In this document: positions 1 through 12,508 of the stretch, piece after piece
Layout of the letters: each line of letters begins with the position of its first letter
Numbering within the stretch: position 1 is the stretch's first letter
Notes under the pieces: generated by a model
Seen by the model: the letters and a program-made list of their open reading frames with translations, nothing else
Databases searched by the model: none
What the model was told of the DNA's origin: nothing
Position numbers and translations under genes: made by a program
DNA from: an uncultured SAR86 cluster bacterium
Lineage (GTDB): Bacteria > Pseudomonadota > Gammaproteobacteria > Magnimaribacterales > Magnimaribacteraceae
Assembly: GCA_938075195.1 (NCBI GenBank)
Contig: CALJGK010000031.1
Location: forward strand, 10,440 to 74,439
Length of the DNA: 64,000 nucleotides
Direction of reading: 5' to 3'

Positions 1-1
1 T

Positions 2-2455
2 AGAACTCTCTTATATGAACTCCTTCCTGAAGGAATGTCTTTTGATTTAGTTAATAAAACACTGGATAGTAAGCAAATATCTGCATTAATAGATATGTGT
101 TACAGAAAAGCTGGACTTAAAGCTACAGTGATTTTTGCTGACCGCTTGATGTATAAGGGTTATGAGTTTTCTACTAAGTCTGGATCTTCCATAGGAATAG
201 ATGACTTTGTTATTCCTGATGATAAGCAAAGAATCGTTAGCGAAGCAGAGCAAGAGGTAAAAGATATAGAATCTCAATTTGCTTCAGGTCTAGTGACCAA
301 AGGCGAAAAATATAATAAAGCCATTGATATATGGACACGTGCAAACGAAATGATTGCTAAATCTATGATGGATAATATTTCGCAGGAAGAAATTGAAACA
401 GCTGATGGCACTAAGATAATGTCTGATTCTTTTAATTCAGTATTTATGTACGCAGATTCTGGTTCTAGAGGATCACCGGCTCAAATACGGCAGTTAGCTG
501 GAATGAGAGGTCTACTGGCTAAACCTGACGGATCGATCATTGAAACTCCAGTTACTTCAAATTTCAGAGAAGGATTAACTGCACAGGAATATTTCATCTC
601 TACTCATGGAGCCAGGAAAGGACTTGCAGATACTGCACTAAAAACAGCTAACTCTGGTTACCTGACAAGAAGATTAGTTGATGTTGCTCAGGATATGGTG
701 GTAAGTGAAGAAGATTGTGGAACTAGCAATGGAATTCTAATGAGGCCTATAATCGATGGAGGTCAAGTTCTTGTACCTCTTGGGGATCGAGTCCTAGGTA
801 GAACAGTTGCAACCGATGTAATGTCTCAAGACGGAACCGAGGTTCTTTTGAAAAATGGAACGCTTATAGATGAAGATATGGTTGATACTTTAGATGACAA
901 AAATATCTACGAGATTAACGTTAGATCTGCAATTCATTGCGATACAATCCATGGCATTTGTGCTAAATGTTACGGCAGAGACCTTGGAAGAGGTCATAAG
1001 GTTGATATTGGTGAATCTGTTGGTATTGTCGCAGCACAATCAATTGGGGAACCAGGTACTCAGCTTACTATGAGAACATTTCACATAGGTGGCGCTGCCT
1101 CAGGTACTTCTGCAGAAGACAATATAGAAACTAATCTTCCAGGTAAGGTTGTTTATAACACTCGAACTGTTAAGAAAAAAGACGGAACTTTCATCTCTCT
1201 AGCTCAATCATCAGAAGTAAATGTTATTGATGACAGAGGTATGGTTGTTGAGAGCCATAAAGTACCTTACGGAACAGTTCTTAATTTCCCTACTGATAGT
1301 AAAGTAGCTCCTGGAGATATTTTAGCTAAATGGGACCCTCTCACTAGGCCAGTTATAGCAGAGGTTGCAGGTAAGGCAAGATTCGTAGATATCGAAGATG
1401 GAATTACTGCCAGAGTAAAGCAAGATGAACTTACAGGATTGAGTAACATAGAAATTATAGATGTTACAGAAAGACCTAAGGGAGAAGCGCAAGAAAAACG
1501 TCCTTCAATTCAGATAGTTGATGGTAGAGGTAAAGAAAAAACTCTTCCTGATTCTGAAGCTCCTGCAACATATACACTTCCAGGTAATGCATTTTTGCAG
1601 TTAACTGATGGCCAAGATATCGAAGTGGGTGGAGTAATAGCAAGAATATCTCAAGCCTCAACGAAGACAAAAGACATAACCGGTGGTCTTCCTAGAGTTG
1701 CTGATCTATTTGAAGCAAGAAAACCAAAGGAGCCTGCATTATTAGCTCAAGCTTCCGGTATCGTTTCTTGGGGAAAGCCAACCAAAGGAAAAGAAAGATT
1801 AATTATCACAGATGAAGATGGCAAAGATCTTGCCACCCTTATTCCAAAGACAAGACATATTAATGTATTTGAGGGTGAGAGAGTCGAGAGGGGTGATATT
1901 GTCTCAGATGGTGCTATGAGTCCTCACGATATACTCGCTCTTAGGGGATTAGAAGAACTTACAGACTATATAGTTGATGGAATACAGGAAGTTTATAGAT
2001 TGCAAGGTGTAAGCATTAATGACAAACATATCGAAGTGATTCTTAATCAGATGCTTAGAAAGGTTGTTATTACTGAACCGGGTGATTCTGAATTTATAAT
2101 TGGTGAGCAAGCAGAGTATTCAAAGGTTAAAGAAACTAACTTAGCATTGCGAGAAGCTAAGAAAGCCGAGATAGTATTTGAAAGGATTTTGTTAGGAATA
2201 ACTAAAGCATCTTTAGCTACTGAATCTTTCATATCAGCTGCTTCTTTCCAAGAAACAACAAGAGTTTTGACAGAAGCTGCTACAACGGGGAGAATCGATC
2301 ACTTAAGAGGTCTTAAAGAAAATGTCGTCGTTGGAAGATTAATACCTGCAGGATCAGGTTTGGCTAAGCTAACCTCTGAAGTAGAAAATGTAGAAGAAGA
2401 ATTCGAGATAGATTTAGAGAAAGCTTTAAGTGAGGCATTAAATGAAGCTGAGTAA
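2..2455 (+). CDS. rpoC: RNA polymerase beta' subunit, C-terminal part (gene begins upstream of window)
   Basis: Frame open from window edge; motifs [63 protein letters not shown]. Confidence 0.99.
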   Translation, partial: RTLLYELLPEGMSFDLVNKTLDSKQISALIDMCYRKAGLKATVIFADRLMYKGYEFSTKSGSSIGIDDFVIPDDKQRIVSEAEQEVKDIESQFASGLVTKGEKYNKAIDIWTRANEMIAKSMMDNISQEEIETADGTKIMSDSFNSVFMYADSGSRGSPAQIRQLAGMRGLLAKPDGSIIETPVTSNFREGLTAQEYFISTHGARKGLADTALKTANSGYLTRRLVDVAQDMVVSEEDCGTSNGILMRPIIDGGQVLVPLGDRVLGRTVATDVMSQDGTEVLLKNGTLIDEDMVDTLDDKNIYEINVRSAIHCDTIHGICAKCYGRDLGRGHKVDIGESVGIVAAQSIGEPGTQLTMRTFHIGGAASGTSAEDNIETNLPGKVVYNTRTVKKKDGTFISLAQSSEVNVIDDRGMVVESHKVPYGTVLNFPTDSKVAPGDILAKWDPLTRPVIAEVAGKARFVDIEDGITARVKQDELTGLSNIEIIDVTERPKGEAQEKRPSIQIVDGRGKEKTLPDSEAPATYTLPGNAFLQLTDGQDIEVGGVIARISQASTKTKDITGGLPRVADLFEARKPKEPALLAQASGIVSWGKPTKGKERLIITDEDGKDLATLIPKTRHINVFEGERVERGDIVSDGAMSPHDILALRGLEELTDYIVDGIQEVYRLQGVSINDKHIEVILNQMLRKVVITEPGDSEFIIGEQAEYSKVKETNLALREAKKAEIVFERILLGITKASLATESFISAASFQETTRVLTEAATTGRIDHLRGLKENVVVGRLIPAGSGLAKLTSEVENVEEEFEIDLEKALSEALNEAE

Positions 2456-2459
2456 TACG

Positions 2460-2488
2460 TTGACGTGGATACTTTGCCTCTTTACAAT
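2460..2488 (+). promoter_or_regulatory. sigma70 promoter of str cluster
   Basis: TTGACG-17 bp-TACAAT followed by GC-rich discriminator CCGCGA, upstream of rpsL. Confidence 0.75.
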
Positions 2489-2512
2489 CCGCGACCTTTA
2501 TAAGAAATAAAT

Positions 2513-2884
2513 ATGGCAACAGTTAATCAATTAGTAAGAAAACCACGCAAAAGAAAGGTCACGAAAACAGACGTGCCTGCATTAAAAGGATCACCTCAAA
2601 GAAGAGGGGTGTGCACAAGAGTCTATACAACTACTCCTAAAAAACCCAATTCAGCTTTGAGAAAAGTTTGTAAGGTCAGGCTGACTTCAGGCTTTGAAGT
2701 CATATCATACATTGGAGGTGAGGGTCATAATCTTCAAGAACACTCAGTAGTCCTGATTAGGGGAGGAAGAGTAAAAGATCTGCCTGGTGTGCGTTATCAC
2801 ACAGTAAGAGGAACTCTAGATACAGCTGGAGTTGATGATAGAAAACAACGTCGTTCTAAATATGGCGCAAAAAAACCTAAGTAA
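2513..2884 (+). CDS. rpsL: 30S ribosomal protein S12
   Basis: [23 protein letters not shown]. Confidence 0.99.
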   Translation: MATVNQLVRKPRKRKVTKTDVPALKGSPQRRGVCTRVYTTTPKKPNSALRKVCKVRLTSGFEVISYIGGEGHNLQEHSVVLIRGGRVKDLPGVRYHTVRGTLDTAGVDDRKQRRSKYGAKKPK

Positions 2885-2886
2885 AT

Positions 2887-3357
2887 ATGTCTAGAAGAAA
2901 AGCAGCACCAAAAAGAAAGATATTGCCAGACCCAAAATTTGGCAATCTTAAAGTCGCAAAGTTCATGAATCAAATAATGTCACATGGCAAGAAATCTGTA
3001 GCAGAAAAAATCATTTACGGCGCTTTTGACGAGATTTCTAAGAAATCTGATAAAGAACCTATTGAAGTATTTGAGAAAGCATTAGATGAAGTCGGTCCAA
3101 TGGTCGAGGTAAAAGCCAGAAGAGTTGGTGGAGCTACTTATCAAATTCCAATGGAAGTTAGGCCTGCTAGAAGAAGTGCTTTGGCGATGCGCTGGATTGC
3201 AACGTATTCAAGATCTAGATCTGAAAAGAACATGACACTTAGATTGGCCAATGAACTCTTGGATGCTTGCGAGGGAAGAGGTGAGGCAGTCAAGAAAAAA
3301 GAAGATACTCATAGAATGGCTGAAGCAAATAGAGCTTTCTCCCATTTCAGATTTTAA
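2887..3357 (+). CDS. rpsG: 30S ribosomal protein S7
   Basis: [26 protein letters not shown]; follows rpsL. Confidence 0.99.
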   Translation: MSRRKAAPKRKILPDPKFGNLKVAKFMNQIMSHGKKSVAEKIIYGAFDEISKKSDKEPIEVFEKALDEVGPMVEVKARRVGGATYQIPMEVRPARRSALAMRWIATYSRSRSEKNMTLRLANELLDACEGRGEAVKKKEDTHRMAEANRAFSHFRF

Positions 3358-3376
3358 TTACAAATTTTAAAAAATT

Positions 3377-5485
3377 ATGGCCAGAACTACACCGTTAGAC
3401 CTGTATAGAAATATTGGTATATGTGCACACGTAGATGCAGGTAAAACGACAACAACAGAAAGAATCTTATTTTATACGGGAATATCTCACAAAATTGGAG
3501 AAGTTCACGACGGCGCTGCAGTTATGGACTGGATGGAGCAAGAGCAGGAAAGAGGTATTACTATCACTTCTGCTGCAACTACATGTTTCTGGGAAGGCAC
3601 TGAAAAACAGTACAAGCAACATAGATTTAATATAATTGACACTCCTGGTCATGTTGACTTTACTATTGAAGTTGAACGTTCATTGAGAGTCTTAGATGGT
3701 GCAGTAGTAGTTTTCTGTGGTAGTTCTGGAGTTGAACCTCAATCTGAAACTGTCTGGAGACAGGCTAATAGATACGAAGTACCAAGAATAGCCTTCATCA
3801 ATAAGATGGATAGAGCGGGTGCCGACTTTTTAAAAGTTGTTGATCAGATGAAAACAAGGTTAGGTGCAAATCCAGTACCCATACAGTTAGCAATAGGTGC
3901 TGAAGATGAATTTAAGGGCCTCATTGATCTTGTAAAAATGAAGGCAATCTACTGGGATGGTGATGATATGGGTACAACCTTCACAGAAGAAGACATACCA
4001 GAAGATTTGCAAGATCTTGCAGAAGAATGGCGAGAAAAAATGGTCGAGTCAGCTGCTGAAGCTAACGAAGAGCTCATGGATAAGTATCTCGAAGAAGGAG
4101 ATCTTTCACAAGAAGATATAAAAATAGGACTCAGAGTAAGAACATTAGGAAGTGAAATAGTTCCTTGTCTTTGTGGTTCTGCTTTCAAGAATAAAGGCGT
4201 TCAAACAATGCTTGATGCAGTCGTTGACTTCATGCCGGCCCCTAATGAAGTAAAAGCAGTATCAGGTATACTTGATAATGAAGAAGAAGGAAGCAGAGAA
4301 TCAGATGATGCTGAGCCCTTTTCAGGAATTGCTTTTAAAATTGCAACTGATCCCTTTGTAGGTTCCCTTACATTTGTCAGAGTTTACTCTGGAGTATTGA
4401 GTACAGGAGATTCTGTTTATCTTCCTATTAAAGGAAAAAAAGAGAGGATAGGGCGAATGCTACAAATGCATTCAAATAAAAGAGATGAGATATCAGAAGC
4501 AAGGGCCGGCGATATTTGCGCAGTTATCGGATTAAAAGAAGCAATAACCGGTGAAACCCTTTGTGATGAAAAGAATAAGATTACTTTGGAATCCATGAAT
4601 TTCCCGGAACCAGTTATTTCAGTAGCAGTTGAGCCAAAGACAAAAGAAGATCAAGAAAAGATGGGTATTGCACTTGGCAGGTTGGCACAGGAAGATCCCT
4701 CATTCAGATTAAGAACAGATGAAGAATCAGGACAAACTATTATGTCAGGCATGGGTGAACTTCATCTAGATGTCTTGGTTGATAGAATGAGAAGAGAGTT
4801 TGGTGTAGATGCAAACGTTGGTAAACCTCAAGTTGCATATAGAGAATCCATTAAAAAATATATTGAAGAAGAGGCAAAATTTGTTCGTCAGTCAGGTGGT
4901 AGAGGCCAGTATGGTCATGTCTACATAAAAATGGAGCCATTAATTGAACCCGATGAGGAAAAAGATCAGAATTATCAATTTGTTAATGAAATAGTTGGAG
5001 GAGCGATACCTCGTGAATTTATTGGTGCAGTTGATAAAGGTTGTAAAGAACAGATGGAAGCCGGCGTAATAGCAGGATATCCTTTGGTTAAAGTAAAAGT
5101 AACACTATACGATGGTTCGTACCATGATGTTGATTCTAGTGAAGTGGCTTTCAAAGTTGCCGGATCAATGGCATTTAAAGGTGGAGCTCAAAAGGCAGAT
5201 CCTGTTCTCTTAGAGCCTATAATGAGTATTGAGATAGTCACACCTGAAGAGTATATGGGTGATGTAGTAGGAGATTTGAGCAGGAGAAGAGGTGTTGTTC
5301 AAGGAATGGAAGATGGACCTTCAGGAAAAATAGTTTCCGGTGAAGTACCATTGGCTGAAATGTTTGGTTATGCAACTGATATAAGGTCTGCGTCTCAAGG
5401 GAGAGCTACTTTTACAATGGAACCTCTGAAGTATTCAGAAGTGCCATCAAATGTTGCTGAGGCCATAATAAGTAAAAACGACTAG
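3377..5485 (+). CDS. fusA: Elongation factor G
   Basis: [30 protein letters not shown]; 702 aa. Confidence 0.99.
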   Translation: MARTTPLDLYRNIGICAHVDAGKTTTTERILFYTGISHKIGEVHDGAAVMDWMEQEQERGITITSAATTCFWEGTEKQYKQHRFNIIDTPGHVDFTIEVERSLRVLDGAVVVFCGSSGVEPQSETVWRQANRYEVPRIAFINKMDRAGADFLKVVDQMKTRLGANPVPIQLAIGAEDEFKGLIDLVKMKAIYWDGDDMGTTFTEEDIPEDLQDLAEEWREKMVESAAEANEELMDKYLEEGDLSQEDIKIGLRVRTLGSEIVPCLCGSAFKNKGVQTMLDAVVDFMPAPNEVKAVSGILDNEEEGSRESDDAEPFSGIAFKIATDPFVGSLTFVRVYSGVLSTGDSVYLPIKGKKERIGRMLQMHSNKRDEISEARAGDICAVIGLKEAITGETLCDEKNKITLESMNFPEPVISVAVEPKTKEDQEKMGIALGRLAQEDPSFRLRTDEESGQTIMSGMGELHLDVLVDRMRREFGVDANVGKPQVAYRESIKKYIEEEAKFVRQSGGRGQYGHVYIKMEPLIEPDEEKDQNYQFVNEIVGGAIPREFIGAVDKGCKEQMEAGVIAGYPLVKVKVTLYDGSYHDVDSSEVAFKVAGSMAFKGGAQKADPVLLEPIMSIEIVTPEEYMGDVVGDLSRRRGVVQGMEDGPSGKIVSGEVPLAEMFGYATDIRSASQGRATFTMEPLKYSEVPSNVAEAIISKND

Positions 5486-5502
5486 TTATTTAGTTAGGTA
5501 GA

Positions 5503-5542
5503 TAGAAAAACCCCTTTTTATATAGGTTTTTTCTACTTTTTT
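5503..5542 (+). terminator. Probable intrinsic terminator after fusA
   Basis: Inverted repeat TAGAAAAACC...GGTTTTTTCTA followed by CTTTTTT. Confidence 0.6.
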
Positions 5543-5544
5543 AG

Positions 5545-5573
5545 TTGACACATAGTGGTCACAAAACTAGAAT
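5545..5573 (+). promoter_or_regulatory. sigma70 promoter of S10 cluster
   Basis: TTGACA-17 bp-TAGAAT with GC-rich discriminator CACCGC. Confidence 0.8.
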
Positions 5574-5577
5574 CACC

Positions 5578-5701
5578 GCTCGTTTTGTTGGAGGGGCCTT
5601 AATCCTGGTGAATACAGGGAAAAGGCAAATTAATTAATTTATCAACCTACACTGTAGGGGGGTGGTTTTACGCTCTATTTATTGAGCTTAAAAGGAAGAA
5701 T
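5578..5701 (+). promoter_or_regulatory. Structured S10 leader (5' UTR)
   Basis: Hairpins GCCTT..CCTG/CAGG..AAGGC, CCTAC/GTAGG and GCTC/GAGC before SD AAGGA; same position as the L4-regulated leader. Confidence 0.5.
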
Positions 5702-6022
5702 ATGCAAAATCAAAGCATTAGAATTAGATTGAAAGCTTTTGATCATAAGCTTATAGATCGCTCAGCTAAAGAAATAGTAGAGACGGTCAAACGAACAGGA
5801 GCCAAGGTTAAAGGACCTATTCCTATGCCTGTCAAGAAACACAAAACAACTATCCTCATTTCTCCACATAAAGATAAAGACGCTCGAGATCAATACGAGA
5901 TAAGAACACACAAAAGAACGTTAGACATCCTCGAGCCTTCAGAGAAGACGTTAGACGCTTTAACCAAACTCGAGCTTTCAGCTGGTGTAGTTGTTCAAAT
6001 AAGCCTAGACGAGAATAAATAA
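5702..6022 (+). CDS. rpsJ: 30S ribosomal protein S10
   Basis: [29 protein letters not shown]. Confidence 0.99.
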   Translation: MQNQSIRIRLKAFDHKLIDRSAKEIVETVKRTGAKVKGPIPMPVKKHKTTILISPHKDKDARDQYEIRTHKRTLDILEPSEKTLDALTKLELSAGVVVQISLDENK

Positions 6023-6023
6023 G

Positions 6024-6659
6024 ATGAGCATAGGATTAATTGGAAAGAAACAAGGAATGACAAGATTATTTACTCCAGAAGGGGATTCCTTTGCTGTAAG
6101 TGTAGTTAGTGTCGATCCCAATACAATTACTCAAATTAAATCAAAAGAGGTAGATGGTTATTCCTCGATTCAGGTAACTACAGGAACCAAGAAAGAAAAA
6201 CATCTTTCTAAGCCTTTAGCAGGGCATTATAAAAAAGGAACCATCAACCCTGGAGAGGGTTTATGGGAATTTAAAGTAAATGTTGAAGATTTGGCTGATC
6301 TTGAAGTAGGTAGTCAGTTAAATATAGATATATTCGAAGAAGGACAAAAAATTGATGTCCAAGGTAAATCGAAAGGGAAAGGCTTTGCTGGAACTGTAAA
6401 AAGATGGAATTTTAAGATGCAAGACGCTACTCATGGTAACTCTATTTCACATAGGGCACCTGGGTCCATAGGGCAATGTCAAACGCCAGGTAAAGTTTGG
6501 AAAGGTAAAAAAATGTCCGGACATATGGGGGATGAAAAGAAAACAATTCAAAACCTTAAAATCGCATCTATAGATTCAGAGAACAATCTATTACTTATTA
6601 AGGGGCCTATACCAGGACCAACCGGTTCCAATGTAGTTCTTAAACCGGCAGTAAAATAA
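6024..6659 (+). CDS. rplC: 50S ribosomal protein L3
   Basis: [29 protein letters not shown]. Confidence 0.99.
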   Translation: MSIGLIGKKQGMTRLFTPEGDSFAVSVVSVDPNTITQIKSKEVDGYSSIQVTTGTKKEKHLSKPLAGHYKKGTINPGEGLWEFKVNVEDLADLEVGSQLNIDIFEEGQKIDVQGKSKGKGFAGTVKRWNFKMQDATHGNSISHRAPGSIGQCQTPGKVWKGKKMSGHMGDEKKTIQNLKIASIDSENNLLLIKGPIPGPTGSNVVLKPAVK

Positions 6660-6660
6660 A

Positions 6661-7284
6661 ATGGAATTAGAAGTATTAAATCAAAATGGCTCCGGAGAAT
6701 CTAAAATTTCTCTTGCTGATGACGTATTCAATCAAGAATTTAACCAAGATTTAGTTCATCAACTTGTTACTACCTACATTCATAATAGCCATCAAGGAAC
6801 TAAAGCCCAAAAAAATAGGTCTGCAGTAAGAGGCGGCGGAAGAAAACCATGGAAGCAAAAAGGAACAGGAAGAGCTAGAGCGGGAACCATACGTTCCCCA
6901 ATATGGAGAGGTGGAGGTGTAACTTTCGCAGCTACATATCAAAATGTTAACCCTAAGAAAATAAACAAGAAAATGTATAGATCAGCTATGAGATCAATAT
7001 GGTCAAAGATAGCTGAAGAAAATAAAATAGTTGCTGTTAATGAATTAAAAATTGATGAGCCAGTTAAATCATCCCAAGTTAAAACCATACTATCTAATCT
7101 TGGATTAGACAGTGCTCTTATAGTTTTAGCCAGTAATAATGATAATTTAATTAAAGCTTCAAAAAATTTAACCCAATGCAATGTGCTTTCTATAAATTCA
7201 ATTGACCCTTCGGCTTTAATCAAAGCTGAAAATGTGATTCTTACATCTGAAACTATTGAAAAATTAACTGAGGCTCTATCCTAA
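6661..7284 (+). CDS. rplD: 50S ribosomal protein L4
   Basis: GGGRKPWKQKGTGRARAG. Confidence 0.99.
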   Translation: MELEVLNQNGSGESKISLADDVFNQEFNQDLVHQLVTTYIHNSHQGTKAQKNRSAVRGGGRKPWKQKGTGRARAGTIRSPIWRGGGVTFAATYQNVNPKKINKKMYRSAMRSIWSKIAEENKIVAVNELKIDEPVKSSQVKTILSNLGLDSALIVLASNNDNLIKASKNLTQCNVLSINSIDPSALIKAENVILTSETIEKLTEALS

Positions 7285-7574
7285 TGAAAACAGAGCTTTA
7301 TAAGGTTATCAAAGCCCCATATTTAACAGAAAAAGTTTCTGCTTTAATGGGTGACTCCAATCAATATGCATTTAAGGTTGATATCAATGCAACAAAACTG
7401 CAAGTTAAGAAAGCAGTCGAAGGATACTTCTCTGTCAACGTTGAGAATGTAAATATCATAAAAGTTAAAGGAAAGACTAAACGATCTAAGTTTAGAATCA
7501 GAAAAAAATCAGATTGGAAGAAGGCCTACGTAAGGCTTGCAGAAGGTCAATCAATTGAGGTGACTTCAGAATAA
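7284..7574 (+). CDS. rplW: 50S ribosomal protein L23
   Basis: [14 protein letters not shown]; synteny. Confidence 0.98.
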   Translation: MKTELYKVIKAPYLTEKVSALMGDSNQYAFKVDINATKLQVKKAVEGYFSVNVENVNIIKVKGKTKRSKFRIRKKSDWKKAYVRLAEGQSIEVTSE

Positions 7575-8404
7575 TGGCTACTCAAATAAAAAAATCAAAA
7601 CCTACCTCGCCAGGAAGAAGATTTAGATCTTGGGTTTCAAGAGATGATCTTCACAAAGGTGAGCCTCATGCACCGCTTTTAGAACCTAAAAAACAAAAGT
7701 CTGGCAGAAATAATCAAGGAAGAATAACTACAAGACATCGTGGTGGTGGTCATAAAAAGCATTATAGAATTATTGATTTTAAAAGGCTGAAAGACAACAT
7801 TCCTGCCAAAGTTGAAACCTTGGAATATGATCCCAATAGGTCAGCCAATATAGCTCTTCTTTTATATGCTGATGGAGAAAGAACTTACATAATAGCCCCT
7901 GATGGACTTGAGCTAGGTTCAACAATTCTATCTGGAAAAGAATCGCCTATATCATCTGGAAATTGTATGTCTCTTAAAGATATGCCTCTAGGTACAGTGG
8001 TCCACTGTATAGAGTTATTTCCTGGAAAGGGAGCCCAAATGGCACGAAGTGCAGGAGCTTCTGCCCAAATTTTAGCTATTGAAGGTAGGTATGCAACTTT
8101 AAGATTAAGAAGTGGCGAAGTAAGAAGAGTTCTGTCTGATTGTAGAGCTACTATTGGTAGCGTATCTAATTCAGAGCACTCTTTAAGATCTATAGGAAAA
8201 GCAGGTGCAAAAAGATGGTTGGGCATAAGACCGACTGTTAGAGGTGTAGCAATGAACCCAGTAGATCACCCACATGGTGGTGGTGAAGGAAAGACATCTG
8301 GAGGTAGACACCCAGTTACACCATGGGGAGTTCCGACTAAGGGATATAAAACTCGCAAGAAAAATAAACCAAGCAATCGAATGATTGTAAGAAGAAGAAA
8401 TTAA
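7574..8404 (+). CDS. rplB: 50S ribosomal protein L2
   Basis: [25 protein letters not shown]. Confidence 0.99.
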   Translation: MATQIKKSKPTSPGRRFRSWVSRDDLHKGEPHAPLLEPKKQKSGRNNQGRITTRHRGGGHKKHYRIIDFKRLKDNIPAKVETLEYDPNRSANIALLLYADGERTYIIAPDGLELGSTILSGKESPISSGNCMSLKDMPLGTVVHCIELFPGKGAQMARSAGASAQILAIEGRYATLRLRSGEVRRVLSDCRATIGSVSNSEHSLRSIGKAGAKRWLGIRPTVRGVAMNPVDHPHGGGEGKTSGGRHPVTPWGVPTKGYKTRKKNKPSNRMIVRRRN

Positions 8405-8406
8405 AA

Positions 8407-8673
8407 ATGCCTAGATCATTAAAAAAAGGACCATTTGTAGATCTACACTTATTAAAAAAAGTGGATCAAGCAGTTGCAACTAACGACAAGAAACCAATAA
8501 AGACTTGGTCAAGAAGATCAATGATTACTCCTGATATGGTAGGGCTAAATATAGCCGTGCATAACGGAAGACAACATGTTCCTATTTTCATTCAAGAAGA
8601 TATGGTTGGTCATAAGCTTGGTGAATTTGTTTTAACAAGAACATTTAAAATGCATTCTGGAGATAGGAAGTAA
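8407..8673 (+). CDS. rpsS: 30S ribosomal protein S19
   Basis: [19 protein letters not shown]. Confidence 0.99.
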   Translation: MPRSLKKGPFVDLHLLKKVDQAVATNDKKPIKTWSRRSMITPDMVGLNIAVHNGRQHVPIFIQEDMVGHKLGEFVLTRTFKMHSGDRK

Positions 8674-8676
8674 GAA

Positions 8677-9018
8677 ATGAGTCAAGCTACTGCAAAACTA
8701 AGAAGTGCTCGAGTTTCTAGTCAGAAAGCTAGACTAGTTGCTAATCAGATAAGAGGCAAACATATCGAAGAAGCTTTAGGTATTCTTTCTTTTGCTCCAC
8801 AAAAATCTGCTCATATTATTAAGAAGATTCTAGAGTCTGCAATTGCAAATGCTGAGCACAATCAAGGATTAGATATTGATACATTATTTGTCTCTTTTAT
8901 AGCTGTAGATGAGAGCTTCACAATGAAACGTGTAAGACCTAGGGCTAGAGGAAGAGCTGATAGATTTTTTAAGAGAAGCTGCAATATTGCGTTAACAGTT
9001 CAGGAAAAAGGAAAATAA
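8677..9018 (+). CDS. rplV: 50S ribosomal protein L22
   Basis: [28 protein letters not shown]. Confidence 0.98.
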   Translation: MSQATAKLRSARVSSQKARLVANQIRGKHIEEALGILSFAPQKSAHIIKKILESAIANAEHNQGLDIDTLFVSFIAVDESFTMKRVRPRARGRADRFFKRSCNIALTVQEKGK

Positions 9019-9668
9019 TGGGACAAAAGGTACACCCAATAGGTTTTAGATTAGGAATCACCACTCAACATACCTCTAATTGGTATGCTGAAAAATCTGA
9101 GTATACGGAAAATCTTCTCAAAGATATTGAGGTAAGAGAGCATCTAACTAATAAGCTTTCTCACGCATCTGTGAGCAGAATAGAGATAGAAAGAACAGCA
9201 GATAATGCGAGAGTACTTATTCACACTGCAAGACCCGGTATTGTCATAGGAAAAAAAGGTGAAGATATAGATAGGATGAGAGAGGACATCACTCAGAGAA
9301 TGGGAATACCGGTCACTCTCAGCATACAAGAGATAAGAAAACCAGATCTCGACGCAAAACTTTTAGCAGAGAGTGTAGCTCAGCAACTTGAAAGAAGAGT
9401 TATGTTCCGAAGAGCAATGAAAAGAGCTGTTCAGAATGCAATGAGACAAGGTGCTGAAGGCGTAAAGATTAGAGTTGCTGGTAGGCTAGGTGGAGCAGAG
9501 ATTGCTAGAGCCGAAATTCAAAAAGAAGGAAGAGTGCCTCTGCATACACTAAGGGCTGACGTAGATTATGGTTTGGCCGAAGCAAATACAACATACGGCG
9601 TTATTGGAGTTAAGGCCTGGGTGTTTAGAGGCGAAGTTCTTGATAACCAAAATAAAGACTCAGACTAG
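9018..9668 (+). CDS. rpsC: 30S ribosomal protein S3
   Basis: [23 protein letters not shown]. Confidence 0.99.
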   Translation: MGQKVHPIGFRLGITTQHTSNWYAEKSEYTENLLKDIEVREHLTNKLSHASVSRIEIERTADNARVLIHTARPGIVIGKKGEDIDRMREDITQRMGIPVTLSIQEIRKPDLDAKLLAESVAQQLERRVMFRRAMKRAVQNAMRQGAEGVKIRVAGRLGGAEIARAEIQKEGRVPLHTLRADVDYGLAEANTTYGVIGVKAWVFRGEVLDNQNKDSD

Positions 9669-9679
9669 AAGGCAAAAAA

Positions 9680-10087
9680 ATGTTTCAACCTAAGAGAACA
9701 AAATACAGAAAACAGCAGAAAGGTAGAAATACTGGTAATGCTCAAAGAGGCGCTACGTTAAGCTTCGGAACTTTTGGCTTAAAGGCTACCCAGAGAGGTC
9801 AACTCACATCAAGGCAGATTGAGGCAGCAAGAAGGGCTATGACGCGTCATGTTAAAAGAGGTGCGAAGATTTGGATAAGAGTTTTTCCTGATAAGCCAAT
9901 AACAAAAAAGCCTCTTGAAGTAAGACAAGGGAAAGGTAAAGGAAACGTAGAATATTGGGTATGTCCCATTAAACCTGGAAAGATTTTATATGAAATGGAA
10001 GGAGTGGATGAAGAGTTAGCTAAAGAAGCCTTCGCACTTGCCTCTGCAAAAATGCCTATAGCAACAACTTTTATTAGGAGAGTCTAA
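9680..10087 (+). CDS. rplP: 50S ribosomal protein L16
   Basis: [22 protein letters not shown]. Confidence 0.99.
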   Translation: MFQPKRTKYRKQQKGRNTGNAQRGATLSFGTFGLKATQRGQLTSRQIEAARRAMTRHVKRGAKIWIRVFPDKPITKKPLEVRQGKGKGNVEYWVCPIKPGKILYEMEGVDEELAKEAFALASAKMPIATTFIRRV

Positions 10088-10302
10088 TGGCTAAAGAAAG
10101 CTTTCTAGATAAATTAAGAAATAAATCTACAGATGTTACGGATGAAGAAGGAAAACTCAGAAAAGAATTGCTTGAGCTAAAGATAAAGCATTCATCTGGA
10201 CAGTTGAAAGAAACGCATAAAATCAAAGAAATTAGAAGATCAATTGCACAACTAAAAACTTTAAATAGAGAACAAAATAAACAAGAAAAGAATGACGGAT
10301 AA
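10087..10302 (+). CDS. rpmC: 50S ribosomal protein L29
   Basis: [21 protein letters not shown]; between rplP and rpsQ. Confidence 0.93.
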   Translation: MAKESFLDKLRNKSTDVTDEEGKLRKELLELKIKHSSGQLKETHKIKEIRRSIAQLKTLNREQNKQEKNDG

Positions 10303-10552
10303 AAGAACAAGAACAGAAACAGGCAGAGTGATCAGCTCTTCTAGAGATAAGACGATAACAGTTCTTGTTGAAAGGAAAGTTAAGCATCCTCTATATAAAA
10401 AGATCATGAGAAGATCAACAAAACTTCATGCGCATGATCAAGAAAATATATGTAGCTCAGGAGATTTAGTTACTATTCAAGAGTGTAAGCCAATCTCTAA
10501 AAGTAAATCATGGAATCTACTTAAGATAGAGCAAAAAACACAAGAAATATAA
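10292..10552 (+). CDS. rpsQ: 30S ribosomal protein S17
   Basis: [24 protein letters not shown]. Confidence 0.98.
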   Translation: MTDKRTRTETGRVISSSRDKTITVLVERKVKHPLYKKIMRRSTKLHAHDQENICSSGDLVTIQECKPISKSKSWNLLKIEQKTQEI

Positions 10553-10558
10553 AAAAAG

Positions 10559-10927
10559 ATGATACAAGAGTTAAGTTATTTAGAAGTTGCAGACAATAGT
10601 GGTGCTAGGAAGCTCATGTGTATAAGAGTACTAGGCGGATCTAAGAAAAAATTTGCAAAAGTGGGTGATGTAATAAAAGTTTCTATCAAGGAAGCCATCC
10701 CTACAGGTAAGGTAAAGAAAGGAGAGGTTGTTGACGCCGTCATAGTAAGAACTAAGAATAAACTTCGCAGATCTGATGGCTCGTCCATAAGATTTGATGA
10801 TAATGCAGCTGTTTTAATTAATGCTCAAAAACAGCCAATAGGAACAAGAGTATTCGGCCCAGTATCAAGAGAATTAAGAAGCGAAGAGTTCATGAGAATT
10901 GTTTCTCTAGCTCCGGAGGTAATTTAA
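10559..10927 (+). CDS. rplN: 50S ribosomal protein L14
   Basis: [23 protein letters not shown]. Confidence 0.99.
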   Translation: MIQELSYLEVADNSGARKLMCIRVLGGSKKKFAKVGDVIKVSIKEAIPTGKVKKGEVVDAVIVRTKNKLRRSDGSSIRFDDNAAVLINAQKQPIGTRVFGPVSRELRSEEFMRIVSLAPEVI

Positions 10928-10929
10928 TT

Positions 10930-11241
10930 ATGCAGAAGATCAAAACAGGTGATCAAGTAATAGTAATTGCTGGAAAAGATAAAGGCAAACAAGGTTCTGT
11001 AACAAAACTTCTAAACAACGGTAGATGTTATGTCTCAGGTGTTCAAATGGTTAAGAGACATACAAAACCTAACCCTAATGCAGGCATTGCCGGAGGCGTT
11101 GTAGAAAAAGAAGCATCAATTAATGTTTCAAATATATCAATCTTCAATCCATCCACTAAGAAAGCAGACAAAGTGCAGATTAAATCTCTAGAAGACGGTT
11201 CAAAAATAAGAGTATTCAAATCTTCAGGAAAGGAAATATAG
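10930..11241 (+). CDS. rplX: 50S ribosomal protein L24
   Basis: KOW motif [16 protein letters not shown]. Confidence 0.98.
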   Translation: MQKIKTGDQVIVIAGKDKGKQGSVTKLLNNGRCYVSGVQMVKRHTKPNPNAGIAGGVVEKEASINVSNISIFNPSTKKADKVQIKSLEDGSKIRVFKSSGKEI

Positions 11242-11243
11242 TT

Positions 11244-11783
11244 ATGATTCCATTAAAAGATCATTACAAAAATACTATCGTTCAAGAGTTGAAAGATAGT
11301 TTAGGACTTGCATCAGTGATGGCTGTTCCGAAGGTTACAAAAGTAACCCTCAACATGGGTGTAGGTGAGGCAATGAATGATAAAAAAGTTCTTGAAAGAG
11401 CTGTTGAAGATATGACTCTTATAGCCGGACAAAAACCACTAGTCACCAAAGCCAGAAAATCTGTAGCTAACTTCAAGATTAGAGATGGAATGCCAATTGG
11501 CTGCAAGGTAACCCTTAGAGGAGATAGGATGTATGAGTTTCTTCAGAGGCTTATTAGCATAGCCATTCCAAGGGAAAGAGATTTCAGGGGATTGGAGGTC
11601 AAATCCTTCGACGGAAGAGGAAACTACTCAATGGGTATCAAAGAACACATCATTTTTCCTGAAATAGATTATGACAAAGTAGATAAAATTAGAGGAATGG
11701 ATATCTGCATATCCACTTCAGCTGCTGATGATAAGTCTGGAGAGGCTCTTTTGAGAGCACTAAAATTCCCTTTCAAAACTTAA
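11244..11783 (+). CDS. rplE: 50S ribosomal protein L5
   Basis: [20 protein letters not shown]. Confidence 0.99.
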   Translation: MIPLKDHYKNTIVQELKDSLGLASVMAVPKVTKVTLNMGVGEAMNDKKVLERAVEDMTLIAGQKPLVTKARKSVANFKIRDGMPIGCKVTLRGDRMYEFLQRLISIAIPRERDFRGLEVKSFDGRGNYSMGIKEHIIFPEIDYDKVDKIRGMDICISTSAADDKSGEALLRALKFPFKT

Positions 11784-11793
11784 AGGTATAGAT

Positions 11794-12099
11794 ATGGCAA
11801 AAACATCAATGAAAGCAAGAGAAGAGAGAAGAAGGAAAACAGTTCTTAGGTTTGCAGCAAAAAGAGCTGAACTTAAGGAGATAATTAGAAGTCCTAAATT
11901 TTCTCAAGAAGAAAAAGAAGCTGCACAAATCAAGCTGCAAAAACAGCCTAGAGACGCTAGTCCTATTAGAATGCAAAGAAGGTGCGCGATAACTGGAAGA
12001 CCGCATGCTGTATATCGCAAATTTGGCTTAGCAAGAAATAAATTAAGAGAACTGGCTATGAAGGGTGATATTCCCGGATTAGTAAAATCAAGTTGGTAA
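11794..12099 (+). CDS. rpsN: 30S ribosomal protein S14 (long, Zn-free form)
   Basis: 101 aa, [16 protein letters not shown]. Confidence 0.98.
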   Translation: MAKTSMKAREERRRKTVLRFAAKRAELKEIIRSPKFSQEEKEAAQIKLQKQPRDASPIRMQRRCAITGRPHAVYRKFGLARNKLRELAMKGDIPGLVKSSW

Positions 12100-12106
12100 A
12101 AAATAT

Positions 12107-12499
12107 ATGAGTATTCAAGATCCTATAGCAAACTTATTTTCGAGTATTAATAATGCTCAAGGTAGAAATAAAGAGACTGTAAAAGTTCCTTCTTCTACAA
12201 AAAAATTAGCACTCCTTTCTATGCTAAAACAGGAAGGATATATTCACTCTTATTCCTCTTCTGAAGGAACCAAACCGCAAATAGAAATAAAACTTAAATA
12301 TTTTGAAGGCTCTCCTGTCATTAAGCAGCTTAAAAGAATAAGCAAGCCAGGGTTGAGACAATACTCTCACTATAAAGATTTACCTCAAGTTAATGGAGGT
12401 TTGGGTGTGGCAATCATTTCAACCAGTAAAGGATTAATGACTGATCAACAAGCTCGAGAAGAGAAAGTTGGCGGTGAATTAATTTGTTCAGTATTTTAA
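12107..12499 (+). CDS. rpsH: 30S ribosomal protein S8
   Basis: SKPGLRQY, GLGVAIISTSKG. Confidence 0.98.
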   Translation: MSIQDPIANLFSSINNAQGRNKETVKVPSSTKKLALLSMLKQEGYIHSYSSSEGTKPQIEIKLKYFEGSPVIKQLKRISKPGLRQYSHYKDLPQVNGGLGVAIISTSKGLMTDQQAREEKVGGELICSVF

Positions 12500-12508
12500 A
12501 AATAAATT

